Source: Candidatus Poribacteria bacterium
GTDB taxonomy: Bacteria > Poribacteria > WGA-4E > PCPOR2b
Assembly: GCA_965215015.1 (NCBI GenBank)
Contig: OZ244042.1
Coordinates: forward strand, 1,248,001-1,312,000
Length of the DNA: 64,000 bases
Reading direction: 5' to 3'
The notes under the pieces were generated by a model, which did no database searches, was not told where the DNA came from, and saw only the letters and a program-made list of their open reading frames with translations. The translations under genes and the position numbers were made by a program. Shown piece after piece: positions 60,320-64,000 of this stretch. Position 1 is the first letter of the stretch. Every line of letters starts with the position of its first letter.

Positions 60320-61846
60320 TCATAAAGATGTCACCAATTTCGTGGAAATCTTAAGGCGACGCCGTACAAACTGTGATACGGAATCGATGCCCATATTGAG
60401 TAGAACTGTGATGAGAATCAACAAAACTGCCTTATCGATTTGGTCATCGGAAATCGCGCTGTCAATGTAGAACCCCAGCGTGTAGATGCCGAGGATGCCG
60501 AGGATGGCAGACTCTCGCATCATCACCTCCCAACGGTAAAACAGGAATGCGAGGAACTGTCCGTATACGCGTGGCAAAATTTCAAACAAATACCGATCTA
60601 TCCGCCGCTGAGGCGCATCTATCCGCAGCGGCACCAAGTCGGCGTTGTTGCTGCACAGGAAACCAAGGATGGCTCCGTTATGCAAGAGAATCGCCCACAC
60701 AGCCGGGAGCATTGATGGGCCCCAGAGCTGTACAAGGATATACGCGAGAATGTACTCCGGCGTGGTGCGGATAACAATCAGTCCATAGTGCGAAATCCGG
60801 CTGGCAATCTTCCCTGAGAAATGCCGGCAAGCGAAGGGAAAACTGAGCAACGCAAATACACCCGTTCCTACCAGTACCACCTGTGTCAACACCACTGTGT
60901 TCCATATCCCTTCCCATGCTTCGTGGACAAAAATCTCGTTTACCCAACTCGCGATCGGTTCCCACGCAAACGAAATATCGCGTGTGCCATCGAGGACACC
61001 CTCCCGGCGCATGGGCCACGGGAGGAGGTCATAGGTGAAAAAGCGAACGATGTTTTCCCACGACACCGTAATTGTCCTTGACAGCAACGCAAACGACGCC
61101 GCAACATAGAGTGGAACAAGGCGTGGCTTGAGCCAGTACCTGAGCGAAGCAATCAAGATATAGAACGCATAGAGCAGTGCCCAAGCCTCCGAGTATATGC
61201 CTTCGCGAAACGAGGTCTCAAGGTGGAATCCGAGCGTTGGCAATCCGATGAATCCGAGAATAGCACTGGAACGTAGGGCGCACTCAAAGCGGTAGCCGGT
61301 ATAGTGTTTGGTATCGGCATAGATGACGGGAAGGATACCATAGACAAAGCGACTCAAACCTCCAGAGGCTTTAGGAACACCCTCCAGCGGACGCCGATCC
61401 GATTCTTGGATAATCTCTGCGTACACCTTCGCAAAGATACCAGCGTAGGGAATTGCGATGGCGAGCACACCGCAGGTTGGATTGAGTCCCACAATGGGAA
61501 GGAAGATGAAAGCCCAGAAAATCTCATGAATGGCGCGGATAAAAGCGCAGAACAACCTGACAGGGGTAAAACGGAAGGCGACAGCCAGACCGATGCCAAG
61601 TACGACACTAAGAAAAGTACCACAGACAGCAAAAATCACTGTATTGAGCAGGGCAAGTTTCAAATTCCAGAGGGAGGTAACATCCGGGGTGATTGCGCCC
61701 CAAGCCATTCGGCTCAGTTCTGTCCAAGGGTGTAGCGTCGAGATTTCAAGGTCCGCCAACAGGAAGGCTATCAGGGCAATCGCAACGAAGAACAGACTGG
61801 TTTTTAACATGGTAATAGTATACCCCTTGAATGGCCCTGGATTCAA
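60320..61846 (-). CDS. PhnE/PtxC-like ABC permease with two fused TM domains
   Basis: IRAIHEIFWA / IRTTPEYILA and YRFECALRSSAILG / YRWEVMMRESAILG duplicated motifs. Confidence 0.88.
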   Translation of the reverse strand: MNPGPFKGYTITMLKTSLFFVAIALIAFLLADLEISTLHPWTELSRMAWGAITPDVTSLWNLKLALLNTVIFAVCGTFLSVVLGIGLAVAFRFTPVRLFCAFIRAIHEIFWAFIFLPIVGLNPTCGVLAIAIPYAGIFAKVYAEIIQESDRRPLEGVPKASGGLSRFVYGILPVIYADTKHYTGYRFECALRSSAILGFIGLPTLGFHLETSFREGIYSEAWALLYAFYILIASLRYWLKPRLVPLYVAASFALLSRTITVSWENIVRFFTYDLLPWPMRREGVLDGTRDISFAWEPIASWVNEIFVHEAWEGIWNTVVLTQVVLVGTGVFALLSFPFACRHFSGKIASRISHYGLIVIRTTPEYILAYILVQLWGPSMLPAVWAILLHNGAILGFLCSNNADLVPLRIDAPQRRIDRYLFEILPRVYGQFLAFLFYRWEVMMRESAILGILGIYTLGFYIDSAISDDQIDKAVLLILITVLLNMGIDSVSQFVRRRLKISTKLVTSL

Positions 61847-62529
61847 AGGGAGTTCCCGTTCCGATACAGTTCCGTAAGCATTGTTTGGGTCACTTCCCCG
61901 GTTGGCGAATCAAATTGAATCTCCCCATCACTCAGCCCGACTATTCGCTGTGCAAACTTTAGGGCGAATTCCACCGCGTGTAGTGACACCACAACGGTCT
62001 CTGTATTCTGAATAATGATTTCCATCACCGTGCCCGCTTGAAGGGGATCTACCGAGGCTATCGGTTCGTCTGCCAACAAGATATCCTCTCCGCGGTAAAT
62101 CGCACGTGCAACAGCGACCCGCTGCTGCTGTCCGCCAGACATTGCCCCAACCTTTTCAAAAATTTTCTCTTCCATTCCCAGTGCGTGCAGGATAGGAGTA
62201 ATTTCCTGCAACACCTTCTTCTGTGGTTTAATTAGGTTCAAGAGATTGTGGACTGTAGAATATTGATCAAGCCGCCCGGTATAGATATTGTGGAAAGCAG
62301 AGAGCTGCGGTACTAAGGCATAGTGTTGGTCGACGAATGCAGACTGGTCTGCAACGCTATTGTAGAGTCTGCGCAGCAAGGTCGTTTTGCCTGCACCACT
62401 TGGACCAACCAGTGCGACCTTTTCGCCTCTGTCAATTTGTAGGGAGATATTTTTTAGAACAATGTTGTTTTCGTAGGCTACACTTTCTGCGGCCAAGTTA
62501 AATAGTTTAGTGTTGGGAGATGGATTCAT
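61843..62529 (-). CDS. ABC transporter ATP-binding protein, PhnC-like
   Basis: GPSGAGKTT, MSGGQQQRVAVARA, LLADEPIASVDP, SLH. Confidence 0.92.
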   Translation of the reverse strand: MNPSPNTKLFNLAAESVAYENNIVLKNISLQIDRGEKVALVGPSGAGKTTLLRRLYNSVADQSAFVDQHYALVPQLSAFHNIYTGRLDQYSTVHNLLNLIKPQKKVLQEITPILHALGMEEKIFEKVGAMSGGQQQRVAVARAIYRGEDILLADEPIASVDPLQAGTVMEIIIQNTETVVVSLHAVEFALKFAQRIVGLSDGEIQFDSPTGEVTQTMLTELYRNGNSL

Positions 62530-62863
62530 ATCCTGTGAAATTGAAAATGAAAGTTGAAGAATGAGTCCTCATCAAATGCCTTCGTGGTGGAGGCTTCTGC
62601 TCTCTGTTTTTCGCGTGATGTACAGACAAATATGTGAAAAAAGGTACATAGAGTTGAGAATTGATAAGGTTATGGATTTGAGGGATTGGTGACCTGTTCA
62701 TTTCTTTATCCCGCCTGCGGTACCGGGGGTAGGGATTTTTCTGCTACGGGGTGGAGTTCCGATCCCTAACCCCGGCAAGCAGGGGAAAATCCGTGCCATC
62801 GCTGCAGCCACCGCACGAACAGGCGCGAAAGCCTGTTTTACAACGATACCATTGTCGACTATA

Positions 62864-63910
62864 TTAGCGTGGAAGCGAAACCTCATTCGGGACGACAATG
62901 TCGCCGGTGATGATTTTCGCCCTCAATGATTCGACGGTTGCTATAATTTCGTCCGAAAGCTCAGATTGGTTATGTTCATCAAGGGCATAGTCGACACCAC
63001 CATCTGCGAGTCCGAGGTATCGGATACCTCCCATAAAAGTGACGTCAATGGTTTCATTGATGACTTCATACACGGAATCCTCAATCTGTTTGACCATACT
63101 CGTCAGGACTGTCCCCGGTGCGAGATGATTGCCGTTGGAGTCAACCCAAATGACATATTTTCCCTGCGCTTGCGCGGCTTCGAGCACTCCCAGACCGGAT
63201 CTACCGGCAGCGGCGTAAATGACATCGACCCCGCCCTCATATTGGGTTAATGCGATCTCCTTCGCCTTGTCCGGTTGGCTGAAACCGCCTATATCCTCGC
63301 TGATGTATTCTATGGAGACAACCGCATCTGGGTTGACAGCGTGAACCCCAGCGACGTAACCAGCTTCAAATTCTCGTAGTAAGGGGACGTCCACCCCGCC
63401 AACATACCCAATTTTACCGCTCTCCGATTTTAACCCGGCAATCGCCCCGACCAGAAATGAGCCTTCGTTTGCCTTATAGTTGAGACCGGCGACATTGGGA
63501 AGGTCAAGCGCAACATCAACAATTGCAAATTTGACATTCGGAAAGTCGGGGGCTACGCGCGACAGCGGTTCTCCCATTTGGAACCCCGCGCTTAAAATCA
63601 AGTCGGAACTTTGGGCTGCTTCTCTGAACAGCATTTCTGTCAATACCGAATCGCTCTCCTGGCCGATAACCTCGTTGAGGTGGATCCCGAGCTCTGCCTC
63701 AGCACGTTTGACTCCGATATGGAGACTGTCACAGTAACCTAAATCTCCCACGCAATCGTCGGGATATATCATCGTTACACGGATCGGTGCGGCCTCCATT
63801 TCGCTCGGTGGTTCGGAAGGGATGAGTTCCTGAACTAAGTCACAACTACAGAGCAAAAGTAGCCCTAACATCCAGAAAGGATATTTTCTCAAGATTCTAA
63901 ATGTTTTCAT
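62864..63910 (-). CDS. BMP-family (purine nucleoside-type) ABC substrate-binding lipoprotein
   Basis: Lipobox LCSC, NEGSFLVGAIAG, IGYVGG, GVDVIYAAAG.SGLG, WVDSN, LTSMVK; ATG at 63910 after AGGAG. Confidence 0.9.
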   Translation of the reverse strand: MKTFRILRKYPFWMLGLLLLCSCDLVQELIPSEPPSEMEAAPIRVTMIYPDDCVGDLGYCDSLHIGVKRAEAELGIHLNEVIGQESDSVLTEMLFREAAQSSDLILSAGFQMGEPLSRVAPDFPNVKFAIVDVALDLPNVAGLNYKANEGSFLVGAIAGLKSESGKIGYVGGVDVPLLREFEAGYVAGVHAVNPDAVVSIEYISEDIGGFSQPDKAKEIALTQYEGGVDVIYAAAGRSGLGVLEAAQAQGKYVIWVDSNGNHLAPGTVLTSMVKQIEDSVYEVINETIDVTFMGGIRYLGLADGGVDYALDEHNQSELSDEIIATVESLRAKIITGDIVVPNEVSLPR

Positions 63911-64000
63911 ATTTTCTCCTTTATAGTTACGTGAATCCTCACTTCCTTGAAATGGTAGCATAAGTGCCGGATTGTTACAAGCCTCGCAGTGAATGCAATT

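Overview
A bacterial chromosomal window of about 50% GC. It most likely comes from a Candidatus Poribacteria-type (sponge-symbiont-like) genome. This is inferred from the giant secreted protein ending in a PNPFNPETWIPY FlgD-Ig/T9SS-like tail, the PhyH-HEAT fusion, several sulfatases, aldo-keto reductases and Gfo/Idh/MocA enzymes, short coiled-coil ORFans and dense REP/MITE elements. Housekeeping genes are htrA, dinG, acnA, nfi, sucD and an Omp85/BamA-like gene; catabolic enzyme clusters, transporters and several pseudogenes fill the rest. No rRNA, tRNA, cas gene, intact transposase or reverse transcriptase is visible. The most unusual signals are non-coding or repeat-based. (1) Two near-identical paralogs of a membrane-anchored coiled-coil protein with different numbers of 7/11-residue repeats flank a 4.3 x 103-bp tandem array whose unit fuses 43 bp of the gene's own coding sequence to its REP-containing 3' flank (16.4-18.3 kb). 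(2) A ~220-bp IS200/IS605-derived element keeps its own sigma70 promoter and an omegaRNA-like right end but has no TnpB (44.0-44.3 kb). (3) A promoter-to-terminator orphan sRNA lies at 51.1-51.3 kb. (4) A rod-shaped 6S-like RNA candidate lies at 38.2-38.3 kb. (5) A composite element occurs twice, inverted, with its inner palindromic cassette flipped relative to the flanks (47.7-48.1 and 51.8-52.1 kb). All calls are by eye, with no database searches.
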